Shown piece by piece: positions 10,072 through 19,534 of a stretch of 64,000 bases of DNA. The stretch is from a virus: IMG/VR virus record IMGVR_UViG_3300033141_003979, positions 45,771-109,770 of that record. The stretch is one strand, 5' to 3'. The notes beneath the pieces were generated by a model. That model made no database searches. It was not told where the DNA came from and worked only from the letters and a program-made list of their open reading frames with translations. Position 1 is the stretch's first letter. Every line of letters begins with the position of its first letter. The position numbers were made by a program, and so were the translations under genes.

Positions 10072-10725
10072 TTAAACTCCCTGAGTCACTATACTTCCTC
10101 CATCTCCCATTTCTCCGCCTTGATTTACAATTGCCCATGTGCCATCTTCAGGACAAACAAGTCGAAGAAAAGCCGCACTAGCAACAGATGCTGTCATAAG
10201 AAGGCTTGTCAATTGCCCCTCATCACTCATCCCTATTACTATTGGGCTAGCAAGAACGGAGTCAGAAAAATGCATAGTAAGCGCAGTAGAATCCCCTGTC
10301 CCCCTCATCTGGATGACTAATTCTTCTCCCTTATATCCACGAGCTAAACGGCAAGACAGCTGATGATTGTTCTCCGTCTGAACCATCGAAAGAAAAAAGT
10401 ATCCTATACGAGAAGGCAAAATTGGCGGTTGTGAATCAGCCGGGGCTCCAGCAGATAAAGTCGTGCCTGACAAAATCAATACAGACCACTGATTTCTGCC
10501 TGTCAGATAGTTCCTCATAACCTGAGCGGTGACAAAATCTTCTCGAACCCCAAAATTGAAATCTGATAAACAACTCATCGTTGTACTATCAGTGCAATTT
10601 ATCATCCCTCCAGATTCTACAACAAGGGCACCAGATGTCGCAACAGTATATCCACTTACCGTCCTTCCATCCCCATCAGATACCCGCTGATAAACTTTAG
10701 TTGTGTATGTATTGTCTTGTGCCAT
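10072..10725 (-). CDS. Putative head decoration/structural protein, paralogue family B copy 2 (start MAQDNTY)
   Basis: SD GGGAGG before ATG 10725; homology to flanking ORFs. Confidence 0.7.
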   Translation of the reverse strand: MAQDNTYTTKVYQRVSDGDGRTVSGYTVATSGALVVESGGMINCTDSTTMSCLSDFNFGVREDFVTAQVMRNYLTGRNQWSVLILSGTTLSAGAPADSQPPILPSRIGYFFLSMVQTENNHQLSCRLARGYKGEELVIQMRGTGDSTALTMHFSDSVLASPIVIGMSDEGQLTSLLMTASVASAAFLRLVCPEDGTWAIVNQGGEMGDGGSIVTQGV

Positions 10726-10739
10726 AAGTCCCTCCCTTT

Positions 10740-11405
10740 TTACACTAGTTTTCGTTCTACCACTTGATTGCCAGTTCCCGTTGCCTGAGTATTGCCTATA
10801 ATAGCCCAACAACCAGCATCGATCCCAAGCAAACGGACAAAGGCACGAGACGCAGCAGAAGCATATAGCAAAAGGCTGCTAAGTTGATCACCTGATGTTC
10901 CCATTATACTGACACCAGTGAAGTTTTTTGCACTGTCAAAAGATGAACAACGAAGTATCATACTAACCCCATCGCCTGCCTCTCCTCTAAGAATTATACA
11001 TAATTCTTCACCCGAATACGCTGAATGAAGATTTGCAGAATAGGCATCATCGTTTGCCAAAGAAAATACAATGAATCCTGTCCGAGATGGAGTAACCGGG
11101 GCTGCATTGACCCCATTAAAAGAAGTAATATTTGGCCCCATTGTTGCTGAAATTTCACCAGCCGCCGAATTAACAACAACTGACCATCTCCCTTTGCCCA
11201 TCAATGCGTTCCGCATCCGATCAGTAAAAAAAGTCTCCCCGGCAAGAAAGAAATCAAAAGCAGCAGAACAAGCCATTGACCCTCCGCTGAGGCCCGTTAT
11301 TGCCCCATCGGATTCAACAGTAAGATCTCCACTACTTCCAATTTCTAAATCATTTCCTCCGTGGGGCTGATACACATTTGTTTGATAAGTATCATCTTGA
11401 GGCAT
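10740..11405 (-). CDS. Putative head decoration/structural protein, paralogue family B copy 1
   Basis: MPQDDTYQTNVYQ start, SD GGAGGAGG; homology to downstream ORFs. Confidence 0.7.
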   Translation of the reverse strand: MPQDDTYQTNVYQPHGGNDLEIGSSGDLTVESDGAITGLSGGSMACSAAFDFFLAGETFFTDRMRNALMGKGRWSVVVNSAAGEISATMGPNITSFNGVNAAPVTPSRTGFIVFSLANDDAYSANLHSAYSGEELCIILRGEAGDGVSMILRCSSFDSAKNFTGVSIMGTSGDQLSSLLLYASAASRAFVRLLGIDAGCWAIIGNTQATGTGNQVVERKLV

Positions 11406-11432
11406 AACAATCCTCCTCCTTTATTCAGGTTA

Positions 11433-11454
11433 GGTTAGGGCCGAAGCCCTAACC
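11433..11454 (-). other. Stable cUUCGg tetraloop hairpin between paralogue blocks
   Basis: GGTTAGGGC-TTCG-GCCCTAACC, 9-bp perfect stem, no U-tract on the coding strand. Confidence 0.7.
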
Positions 11455-11471
11455 ATCCCATTATTTCGTTC

Positions 11472-12074
11472 CTAAACAACCCCTAATGTCGTATCATGTT
11501 TGACAAAGTTAATCGGCCAATCGGCCTCTAACCCCTGAATGGCATAACAGGCAACTGTAACCCCGTCAACATTTCCAGCATTACTCACTGAAAGTAAATT
11601 ACGGACCCATCGTTTCTTGCCTATATAACCCGCAGCATATACACGAGACATGGCATCAGAAATTGAAGCTACCTGAACTCCCCATGCTCCCCATGTCCCT
11701 GATGCTGGGCCACCACCCTCTGAACCAGTCTGCATCAATGCATAAGAAGCGCTTAAATAATCTGACCACTGCCCACTATGGGTTACATCAATAAGCATAT
11801 GTGAGGCTTGGCAATTTGCCCATATAACAGTCCCTGCATCATTGCTTTCCCCATGCTCCATCCGAATCCAAAAACCGGAATCGAAATCCATGCTTATATC
11901 GCCAGATGCTTCCCCGGATGCTTCATTCCAAGCAAAAAGAAAAGTTAATGTCTCATACCCCATCATATCAACTGTGGCCCCTGTAACAGTTGCCGCTGCC
12001 GCAGGTTCATAAACCTGTGGACTCATGTGTTCAAAAAATCTAAAGTTTGAATAACCATCTCGTACTCCACCCAT
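11472..12074 (-). CDS. Putative capsid cement/decoration protein, paralogue family A copy 2 (start MGGVRDG)
   Basis: Shares MGGVRDG.SNF.FFE, GYET.TF, WIRM.HG, AGTVIWANC, AAGYIG..RWVR, EADWP.NF with 12155-12754. Confidence 0.75.
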   Translation of the reverse strand: MGGVRDGYSNFRFFEHMSPQVYEPAAAATVTGATVDMMGYETLTFLFAWNEASGEASGDISMDFDSGFWIRMEHGESNDAGTVIWANCQASHMLIDVTHSGQWSDYLSASYALMQTGSEGGGPASGTWGAWGVQVASISDAMSRVYAAGYIGKKRWVRNLLSVSNAGNVDGVTVACYAIQGLEADWPINFVKHDTTLGVV

Positions 12075-12154
12075 AATATAGTCCTCCTTATCTTCTCTTT
12101 GAGACAGGCTGAAGACTTTTTCCAACCTGCCTCATTTCAATTAAAAATTGCCTG

Positions 12155-12754
12155 TTATCCAACATTGCGTTCAAAGTTAACAGGCCAATCAGCTTCTTTG
12201 CCAAGTATTGCAATTCCAGCAAGAGCGACCGTACTTGTATCACCAGCATTACTAACTGACACTACAAGCCGTACCCATCTCTCACTACCAATATAACCTG
12301 CCGCAAAAGCCTGAGATTCCCAATAACTCTGCAAATCTGCACTCACTCCACCAAGGCAGAAGAATGTACCAGCGGTCAATCCAGAACCAGCATTGCTCAC
12401 ATTCAGGACTCCCATACTTCCACTTATAAATCCTGAAGTATTCGCTCCAGCAGCAGCTCCACTTAATCGCAAATCAACGAGAATGTGTTCCGCAGAGCAA
12501 TTTGCCCATATAACAGTGCCGGCGACATTACTTGCTCCATGCTGCATCCGAATCCAAGCACAAGAAGTTACGGAAATCTGTGCAGAAGCTTCTCTTGATC
12601 CTTCCCCACCATGAACAACAAAGGTTACTGTTTCATATCCTTGCCTATCAACAGTTGCCCCAGTCAAGCTAGCAAAAGTTGTTCCATCATAAGTTGATGG
12701 TGCAAGGGCTTCAAAGAACTTGAAATTACTGAAACCGTCTCTTACTCCACCCAT
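12155..12754 (-). CDS. Putative capsid cement/decoration protein, paralogue family A copy 1
   Basis: Directly after MCP; GATVDRQGYETVTF and GYIGSERWVRLVV pattern typical of post-capsid genes. Confidence 0.75.
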   Translation of the reverse strand: MGGVRDGFSNFKFFEALAPSTYDGTTFASLTGATVDRQGYETVTFVVHGGEGSREASAQISVTSCAWIRMQHGASNVAGTVIWANCSAEHILVDLRLSGAAAGANTSGFISGSMGVLNVSNAGSGLTAGTFFCLGGVSADLQSYWESQAFAAGYIGSERWVRLVVSVSNAGDTSTVALAGIAILGKEADWPVNFERNVG

Positions 12755-12806
12755 AATATTGCCTCCTTATCTTGTATAATTGGTTGCATTATCTGCATAA
12801 CCAAAA

Positions 12807-14279
12807 CTATACGGCAATATTGCCAAGTTTAATTGCTTGATAGTTGACGACATCGCCACCAACTCGCTTCCGGGTATAGAACTCAACCATCGGTTTAACG
12901 GTAAATGGATCTCTTTGAATGGTGACTCCAAGACGATCAACGATCATATAAGCCTCTGTCCAATCGGCTAATGCCACAGCTCTAATACCAGCAGCAACAG
13001 CAGGCATCGTAGTACTCATTCGCACCGGCAGGCCCAAGATGGTACTTGTTGCATCGTCCTGAAAACCAGGCTTCCAAATATAGCGCCCTGCACCATCTTT
13101 AAGATACATTGCATCAGCCACAGTGCCCCTGTTCATTACCCAAGTGCCTCGATTCAAATACTGCTCAACCAGGCTATACTTGACTGCAATAAATCCATCG
13201 GCGGTAAGGGCCGCAGCGGCTCGCATATTGGTTCGTTCTATGGCACCCCACTGATCAACTCCAGCGGTGGTATAATTGTTGTAGGTATTAAAGCCTCTAG
13301 GCTTACCTACCCCATCGCCAGTAACAAATGCAACTCCCTCACCTCTGATAAAGCGGCTAGCTACCTTATCAGCCAACCAGTTTTCAATGTTAATCCCTGA
13401 GTCCTCAAGCAATGTCTGACTTGCCCTCGGCTTGGCATACATCACATGAACCGGAATGCGTTTCTTATAAAGCTGAGGAGTTGTAGTCTCTGCTCCTGCT
13501 TCAGTCTCGCCTTCCCATCCCCAACCGGCCTCATCGAAATCAACCATGAACTCGATGGCGCCTGTAGTAATAGATTCCACCGTAGCAAGCTGACGAATGG
13601 GATCAACCTCATACAGCCGCTTGGTAATACGAGAACTCATATAAGGAGTAACGGTATATCCACCATCAGGATCGATGGCGACCGTCAGGGCCTTAACATT
13701 TGTAGGATCAAGCAGCCTTTCATCCTTACGGAGAAAGGAAATAAGTGCTTTGCGATATGCTCGAAATGCCTCTACATCGGGTTTTATCGCATCTTCTTGA
13801 TCTGATGTAACCCCAACCCCATCCTTTTGAACCACTAAGGCATTAAACTGAAAATCCCTGGCATCCTTCTGTTCCTGAGCAATTGCATCTGCCGACTGTG
13901 CCCCGCCCAACGGGACTCGCTTCATGGCTGCCTCAACGGCATCAATCCGCTTGGTCGCCAACTCATCCAACTTCGCCATAATGTCAGTCTCGACCTTAGC
14001 ATTAGCATCTGCAATGTCCTTGGCATTCTTTACATCCAATGCATCCTGCCGGGTTGTAATGTCTTCGGTTAATTTTACGGCCTGTGCTTTGACAAGAACA
14101 TCCATTCCGTTGTCTTTCTCATCGACCAACTTCTTCAAATCTTCATGAGCCTTGCGAAGTTCATCATAATTGGCCTTGGTGTTTTCGCCCAGTTTTTCAA
14201 TCTCTGCTTTAACAAGCTTTACAACCTCAGGCTCTTTGGCTCCGCCTGCATCTTTCGTCAAATACTTATCCATAACCAA
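12807..14279 (-). CDS. Major capsid protein, HK97 family
   Basis: N-terminal coiled delta-domain; DGGYTV, ASQTLLEDS, GDGVGKPRG, RDPFT.KP.V.FY..KRVGG motifs. Confidence 0.95.
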   Translation of the reverse strand: MVMDKYLTKDAGGAKEPEVVKLVKAEIEKLGENTKANYDELRKAHEDLKKLVDEKDNGMDVLVKAQAVKLTEDITTRQDALDVKNAKDIADANAKVETDIMAKLDELATKRIDAVEAAMKRVPLGGAQSADAIAQEQKDARDFQFNALVVQKDGVGVTSDQEDAIKPDVEAFRAYRKALISFLRKDERLLDPTNVKALTVAIDPDGGYTVTPYMSSRITKRLYEVDPIRQLATVESITTGAIEFMVDFDEAGWGWEGETEAGAETTTPQLYKKRIPVHVMYAKPRASQTLLEDSGINIENWLADKVASRFIRGEGVAFVTGDGVGKPRGFNTYNNYTTAGVDQWGAIERTNMRAAAALTADGFIAVKYSLVEQYLNRGTWVMNRGTVADAMYLKDGAGRYIWKPGFQDDATSTILGLPVRMSTTMPAVAAGIRAVALADWTEAYMIVDRLGVTIQRDPFTVKPMVEFYTRKRVGGDVVNYQAIKLGNIAV

Positions 14280-14315
14280 ATCCTCCCTTTTCCAACTTAC
14301 TATTAATTGATATGC

Positions 14316-14993
14316 CTAAAATTCTGAGTTAGCTTTCTTCAGGCTCTCCAGTATCATCGAAAGCCCATCCATATCCACCGTCCCTGAATCCCTCAAGGCC
14401 GTCTTGTGCCGACTAAGGAAAATTTGAGCATCGGTCTTGGAATATCCTGATTCCCTCAAAAGCTTTTCCAGATCTCGCTCAGTCTCAGCCTGTTGTAATT
14501 GTTCCTTGAACTCCTGTTCCTTAACCGCAGTAACCTGTGCACGAAGATTGGCCCCGAATGTTACAGGACTAATTTCCCACAATTCTACTTCTTTCAAATA
14601 GTTCACCTTTTTCTTTTCGTCTACTTCACGTTGAACTGTGTCGTAGCCAATACTCAATCCCCTGAGAGCTCCTATTTTCATTAACTCAAACGTCGTATTA
14701 CCATCTTGAGTTTTCATGGCAAGCTGGCCAGTGACCTTGAGCCCTCGCTTATCTTCTTTCAGCTCAGTCCATACTCCGATGGGACGACGGGCATCATGTT
14801 GATACAGCATAGCAATGCCAGTACCATTGCGCCCGCCATTATTAAGGGTCTTTAAAAAGGCTCCTGACACGATGATATCTCCATGGCTGTCTGGCTTACC
14901 ACCGAACATGCTGCCATATCCTTTGAAGATTCCAGAATCTTCAACATCATCTGCTTTCAGTTCAAAAGGGACATTCAAAATTTTCTTTTCCAT
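14316..14993 (-). CDS. HK97-family prohead protease
   Basis: FKGYGS.F, MLYQHD..RPIG.W, GLSIGY, LWEISPVTFGAN. Confidence 0.95.
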   Translation of the reverse strand: MEKKILNVPFELKADDVEDSGIFKGYGSMFGGKPDSHGDIIVSGAFLKTLNNGGRNGTGIAMLYQHDARRPIGVWTELKEDKRGLKVTGQLAMKTQDGNTTFELMKIGALRGLSIGYDTVQREVDEKKKVNYLKEVELWEISPVTFGANLRAQVTAVKEQEFKEQLQQAETERDLEKLLRESGYSKTDAQIFLSRHKTALRDSGTVDMDGLSMILESLKKANSEF

Positions 14994-15040
14994 GATCTTA
15001 TCCTCCCATCTTGGAGTGGGATAGGGTGAATAGTTATTTT

Positions 15041-15150
15041 TCTAAAGCAGGGCAAAGAAAAAGGCAGCAAATATGAGAAGTATGGTCCCATACTGACCGC
15101 CTTGTATTCTTTCTTGCGTCTGCTTTAGATTCGTCAATCCTTAGCAGAAC
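15041..15150 (-). promoter_or_regulatory. Structured 5' leader of the protease-capsid operon with alternative pairings
   Basis: TCTAAAGCAG/CTGCTTTAGA inverted repeat enclosing further stems; competing TCTGCT/AGCAGA hairpin; possible TTGATG-N18-TATAAT promoter at 15194-15165. Confidence 0.55.
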
Positions 15151-15302
15151 CCTATTTATCAATTATTATATTATAGATCTATATTTCTCATCAAAATTTC
15201 TATCCCATTTTATCATTAAGCACCATAATAATCCTATACCGATTATTATCCCCACACAAACCCCCTGTATAAAAAACATTATTTACTCACTCCTTCCCAT
15301 AA

Positions 15303-15500
15303 TCAACGTTCAAAAACAATATCATTACCTTGGTTCTTTAATGGTTTTAAATGCCGATTATTGCCATAGGCAATCTCTACTGGAATCCCTTTCAAAAATG
15401 CCTTGCAATTATTAACTTCTGTCAATTCTGTTCCATCCGGCTGTATAACGCCTATATAATGTTTGCACTTTCTTGTAAAACATCTTGGTTCTGCAATCAT
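15303..15500 (-). CDS. Small Cys-rich protein, candidate immunity/partner of the MuF C-terminal domain
   Basis: C....CKH...CKAFLKGIP..I..G...H pattern; overlaps the MuF stop. Confidence 0.6.
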   Translation of the reverse strand: MIAEPRCFTRKCKHYIGVIQPDGTELTEVNNCKAFLKGIPVEIAYGNNRHLKPLKNQGNDIVFER

Positions 15501-16975
15501 TTAATTTTTCCTAATAATTTCTCAAATACCTCTTCTAATTCTTTTGGCAACATTCTTCTTTTATATAATGGAGATGTAATAGCCGTAAAACATTCAGCAA
15601 GAGCCTCATTTTTATTGGATGCACTATAAATACTTACATTATTTTCAAACCATTCTTTGGCTAAATGCTGATATTCTATTCCATCAAAAGTAGCTTTTTT
15701 ATTCCAAAATTTTGTAAATCGTTTTGATATATTAGGAATATTTTCTAAATGGTGACTAAGTTCATGGCGCAAAGTAGTTTTAAAATCTCTACTAACAAGA
15801 AATTTTCTTTTGCCGATAAATAAAGAAGGACTAAGTCTTTCAGTTAAATCGGGTATTGCCAATTTAATTCTATTAAATCTTGTATCATATTCACCAAGAA
15901 ATCCTCTTTTTATTGATTTTTTCAATCCTCTACCTTTAAAGAAATCAATTCCTTGAATTTTTTCCTTATTTAATTGCTTTGTTAAATATGGAAATTTAAT
16001 CTTTAGTCTTTCCAATTCTTCAAGAGTGGGATTTAGTGCATTGTCAATAAAACTTTTTTCAGTTTCCCATCCATATTTTCCACCTAATTGCCCAATATTA
16101 TTAATTCCTAAAGATTTAAATCTTTCTTCCGCCTCTTGAATAGTTGAAGTAGGCAGAAATCCTTCCTCCGGCTCATAAGGTTTCATCGGCTCAGACCGCC
16201 GGACAGTATGATACATTAAAACACATCGACACAACACAGTATTATCAGCCCCGCCGGCAGGATCGCCAGGATATTCCATCGGCATCCCGTCAACAATAAA
16301 GACAGCATCTTGGGCAATCCTATCACCATCAACATCAGCATGGGTATCTCGTGTACGTTTATCCATTGTAGCCAACCACTCTTTTTCCATCTCAACCCGA
16401 GTACTGGCCACCGCCACATCCACACTTTTAACAGCCCCTGTATGTGTCTCGGTCGCTGCAATCACCCTCGCCCTGTAAGGAGTCGCAATCCTGCCGGTCC
16501 TGACTATCCGCTTGGCAATCTCCCGATGGCTTTCTCCCTCAGCCATTCCGTGATAGATAACATTTGCTAAAACTTTCTTTGTCGTCTTCTGCACTTTCGT
16601 AATCTGCTGAGCTGCCGTTGTATTAGCCCAACGATTTAGCTCTGCCCAAAACTCATTTTCCGGCCCCTTGGTTTCGGGCACAACTAAACCTTTGATCTTA
16701 CTGTCCTCAAAGATGCGGAAAGTCTTCTTACTAAACACTGTTCCTGTCCTATGATATTGATTCCATAACTGTATTTCTAATCGTTCACGCTCTTTATTCA
16801 CCGCATGATCAACCCCATCCAATATCCCTTGCCTAACCAGTTTGGCAGTATTCAGGTATTGCCGGTTTAGGATAGGCTTTAATCTTTTAGCGTATATATT
16901 TTCTAGTCTTACCATTTGCCTTGTCATCTCAGCGTGATAACGCCTGCGAGCTATTTTATTGGTTATGTTGATCAT
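15497..16975 (-). CDS. MuF/SPP1 gp7-like head morphogenesis protein fused to a C-terminal zincin (HExxH) domain
   Basis: RARVIAATE, KEWLATMDKRTRDTH, YPGDP, LCRC in N-terminal half; RHELSHH...SIYS..NKNEALAECF in AT-rich C-terminal half. Confidence 0.85.
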   Translation of the reverse strand: MINITNKIARRRYHAEMTRQMVRLENIYAKRLKPILNRQYLNTAKLVRQGILDGVDHAVNKERERLEIQLWNQYHRTGTVFSKKTFRIFEDSKIKGLVVPETKGPENEFWAELNRWANTTAAQQITKVQKTTKKVLANVIYHGMAEGESHREIAKRIVRTGRIATPYRARVIAATETHTGAVKSVDVAVASTRVEMEKEWLATMDKRTRDTHADVDGDRIAQDAVFIVDGMPMEYPGDPAGGADNTVLCRCVLMYHTVRRSEPMKPYEPEEGFLPTSTIQEAEERFKSLGINNIGQLGGKYGWETEKSFIDNALNPTLEELERLKIKFPYLTKQLNKEKIQGIDFFKGRGLKKSIKRGFLGEYDTRFNRIKLAIPDLTERLSPSLFIGKRKFLVSRDFKTTLRHELSHHLENIPNISKRFTKFWNKKATFDGIEYQHLAKEWFENNVSIYSASNKNEALAECFTAITSPLYKRRMLPKELEEVFEKLLGKIK

Positions 16976-18381
16976 TCTTGATTAGCTTTATCCAACTCTT
17001 CCTGCACTAACCAAGCTGGAGTCGGCACCCCAAGCATATCCTCAATCTCTTCAACATTATACCCTTGATCCAATAATTGCCGGTATGTCTTTTTCTCCTC
17101 TTCCTCTTCCTCAATTTCTTCCTCCTCTTCCTCTTCAATCCCCGCCGCTTCAATAGGAATTTTCGATGCCTCGATAAATATCATCGACCCAGGATCATCC
17201 GAAGGCTCATACTTATCTTTACCCACCAGCTCTCTCTTTTCATCCAATGTCAAAAAGTCTGAAGTCCGTGCCCGATCCCATAACATATCCCGTTTGACTG
17301 CCAAGGCAGGTACATCGTCTAATATATAATCAAGAAACATCTCACTATCTTTTTCAAATAACCAATTATTCAATTCTCCTTTCAGATAATTGAGCCAGAA
17401 GAAAATGGTGTTTTCCCAGAAGGCCAACCTCGCCTCTTTGTAATTAGCAAATGTTGCCTCACCTGGAATACCTATTAGCATCGGTGGCACCCCATATCCC
17501 ATTGCAATCTTACGCATCAAGCGGTGGTCACCCTCATTGAAATCCAAATCCGCCGGAGTCCACCCATAAGGGGTTACCGTAGTTCCTTTATCCCCTGTAA
17601 TGATAATGTCCCTTCCAACATTCTCAGGCCCAGCCCTCTCCTCAAGAGTCCTCTCAAGGCTATCAAACTGATCTACCCCTAACTGCCCAACTAAGGTATA
17701 AACCATTCCTGGCCGACCCTGCTGATCGATCAAGGACTTATTCCATTGTGTCGCTGCATTGCTTGTATCAACCTCCCTTGCTGCGGCCTCAGTCGCCGCC
17801 GCTCCCCACCAATCATCTAATGGGTGAAATGTTTTCAGATGTAATATATCACTCTGTAAAGTTACAGGGTCAACTTCATACTCAACTTTCCTTCCCTGAA
17901 CCTTATATATGTACTTACCAACCTGCCCTGTCACAGAATTAGTTCCTATCTCAAACCTATCCGGCCTCAAGGTATACAATTCACGAAGTTGTCCACTATT
18001 CGGACCTGTCCCCAATTTAATCCGTTCCAAAAAACCATTGCCACTCATAACCAAAAAAGCCGCAGCCCTGAGAATCACATACTCCAAGCTCTCAGTCGGG
18101 TTTGGTCTCTTCAATACCTCCACTACATCTCCTTCTTGCTCTTCCTCCCGGCCACCACCAGAAAGCTTCCGAAACTGCTTCCAAGGGACTGACGCCACGC
18201 TTTGTGCCACTTCCCTTATAGCCGTAAAGGCCGTGACGTTCTTGAGATAGGTCTCCTTGGCAAAGTTATCATATCCCTTCGGGGTCCATATTGTTCCGCC
18301 AGAGCCGGGAGCCCTAATCAATGCAGCAGTGCGACTATCCTTCCTGCTAAATATACTTTTTGCTTTCTGCCATATATTCAT
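16972..18381 (-). CDS. Portal protein, HK97 family
   Basis: LKRPNP, LVMSGNGF, ILHLKTFHPLDDWWG, YGVPPMLIG, TFANYKEAR, LTLDEKR. Confidence 0.95.
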   Translation of the reverse strand: MNIWQKAKSIFSRKDSRTAALIRAPGSGGTIWTPKGYDNFAKETYLKNVTAFTAIREVAQSVASVPWKQFRKLSGGGREEEQEGDVVEVLKRPNPTESLEYVILRAAAFLVMSGNGFLERIKLGTGPNSGQLRELYTLRPDRFEIGTNSVTGQVGKYIYKVQGRKVEYEVDPVTLQSDILHLKTFHPLDDWWGAAATEAAAREVDTSNAATQWNKSLIDQQGRPGMVYTLVGQLGVDQFDSLERTLEERAGPENVGRDIIITGDKGTTVTPYGWTPADLDFNEGDHRLMRKIAMGYGVPPMLIGIPGEATFANYKEARLAFWENTIFFWLNYLKGELNNWLFEKDSEMFLDYILDDVPALAVKRDMLWDRARTSDFLTLDEKRELVGKDKYEPSDDPGSMIFIEASKIPIEAAGIEEEEEEEIEEEEEEKKTYRQLLDQGYNVEEIEDMLGVPTPAWLVQEELDKANQE

Positions 18382-18569
18382 TTCGCATCTTCTTCAGTCT
18401 TCTTAAAATAGAATACCAGTGCAGTACCTAATGACCCAATCAAGGCCCCGATTACTGTGGCCTGTACTTCTTCCTTAGTTGTAAATGCCATAACCCCAAC
18501 TATTCCAACTAGTGATAATGTAGTAACAGTCCTAGTTACTGCTTGTAGCATTTCTTTACTCATTGTCAT
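18378..18569 (-). CDS. Small two-TM membrane protein (holin-like)
   Basis: Two hydrophobic segments and a charged C-terminus, next to lysis-type genes. Confidence 0.55.
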   Translation of the reverse strand: MTMSKEMLQAVTRTVTTLSLVGIVGVMAFTTKEEVQATVIGALIGSLGTALVFYFKKTEEDAK

Positions 18570-18578
18570 TTTATTCTC

Positions 18579-19097
18579 CTATAATATCTTTACTTGAGGC
18601 AATGTCGCCCCAAGACTGTCCATTTCACCAGGCTGTTTGGCTTGCCTCTCAGACGGAATAACATCATTATCTTCCCAACATATCTGCCCAAATTCTGAAC
18701 AGAACAATTCCCTTGCATCTGTTGAAACCCTCATAACCGCCTGTTTAACCAAAGACCATTTATCATAACCAACCCCTACATAGGACAATGCTGACCCGCC
18801 AATCCCAAAACGTTTACTATTATGCTCAGGTTTAAGGGAATGCCAATAACAAGTTCCTCTATGGTTTCTAAGGCGTTCTGAAAGCGCGCGTAATACAATT
18901 CCCGGCCTTAGAGCTTCAAGTGTGAATATCCGGTTTTCATCATACTGCCTAAAGCGAATGACAAGCCCAAAATGATTAACCGGATAGCCAGTAACTATCT
19001 GAATGGTCTTGCCAAGAATAGTTTTACTGCCCCAAGTAAGCCCATCTCCAGTTTCTAAAAAATGGCGTCTTTCATAATATAGGTCGAGTTTACCCAC
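18579..19097 (-). CDS. Permuted papain-like NlpC/P60 (YiiX/YaeF-type) amidase
   Basis: TGD..., NHFGLV, GYD, FCSEF: His-before-Cys order. Confidence 0.75.
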   Translation of the reverse strand: MGKLDLYYERRHFLETGDGLTWGSKTILGKTIQIVTGYPVNHFGLVIRFRQYDENRIFTLEALRPGIVLRALSERLRNHRGTCYWHSLKPEHNSKRFGIGGSALSYVGVGYDKWSLVKQAVMRVSTDARELFCSEFGQICWEDNDVIPSERQAKQPGEMDSLGATLPQVKIL

Positions 19098-19099
19098 TT

Positions 19100-19534
19100 C
19101 TACCCTTCTACTACTGTGACTATAAAGTTTATCGTAGCCCCAGGGGGTTCGAAATCAATTGTTGTAGTGCACACATTCCCTTCTATATCTCCATAGCACC
19201 AATCAGAGCTATTAGCGCTTGTATCCATCGCCTTTATTCTGAACCAGTATTGAACTTCCTGATCATCAGGAGAAGAGAAAGTCTGTTCAGATATATATTC
19301 GGTTATCCCATTATTATAGGCTATCTCAAAGAAGGGTTGCCAATCTGTCGCCTCTTCACCACCGGTCACAGAAGATTCAAGGACAAACTTGTCCAGATCA
19401 TCCTCAAGTACTTCCTTCTGCCAAGACAATTCAATCTGTTTTTCCCCAGCGAATGATGCACTACCAACCACAAACCAAACCGACAAACAAAACGCCAGGC
19501 ACGACCCCCATACAAACAACTTCCCCCAATTCAT
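19100..19534 (-). CDS. Exported/membrane-anchored Fn3-like protein
   Basis: Hydrophobic N-terminus; LSW...YWFRIKAMDTSANSSDW Fn3 pattern. Confidence 0.6.
   Translation of the reverse strand: MNWGKLFVWGSCLAFCLSVWFVVGSASFAGEKQIELSWQKEVLEDDLDKFVLESSVTGGEEATDWQPFFEIAYNNGITEYISEQTFSSPDDQEVQYWFRIKAMDTSANSSDWCYGDIEGNVCTTTIDFEPPGATINFIVTVVEG

Noticed and set aside
9397-12754. Diversity-generating retroelement behind the paralogues
   Set aside because: No reverse transcriptase and no near-identical TR/VR pair differing at adenines; divergence is ancient
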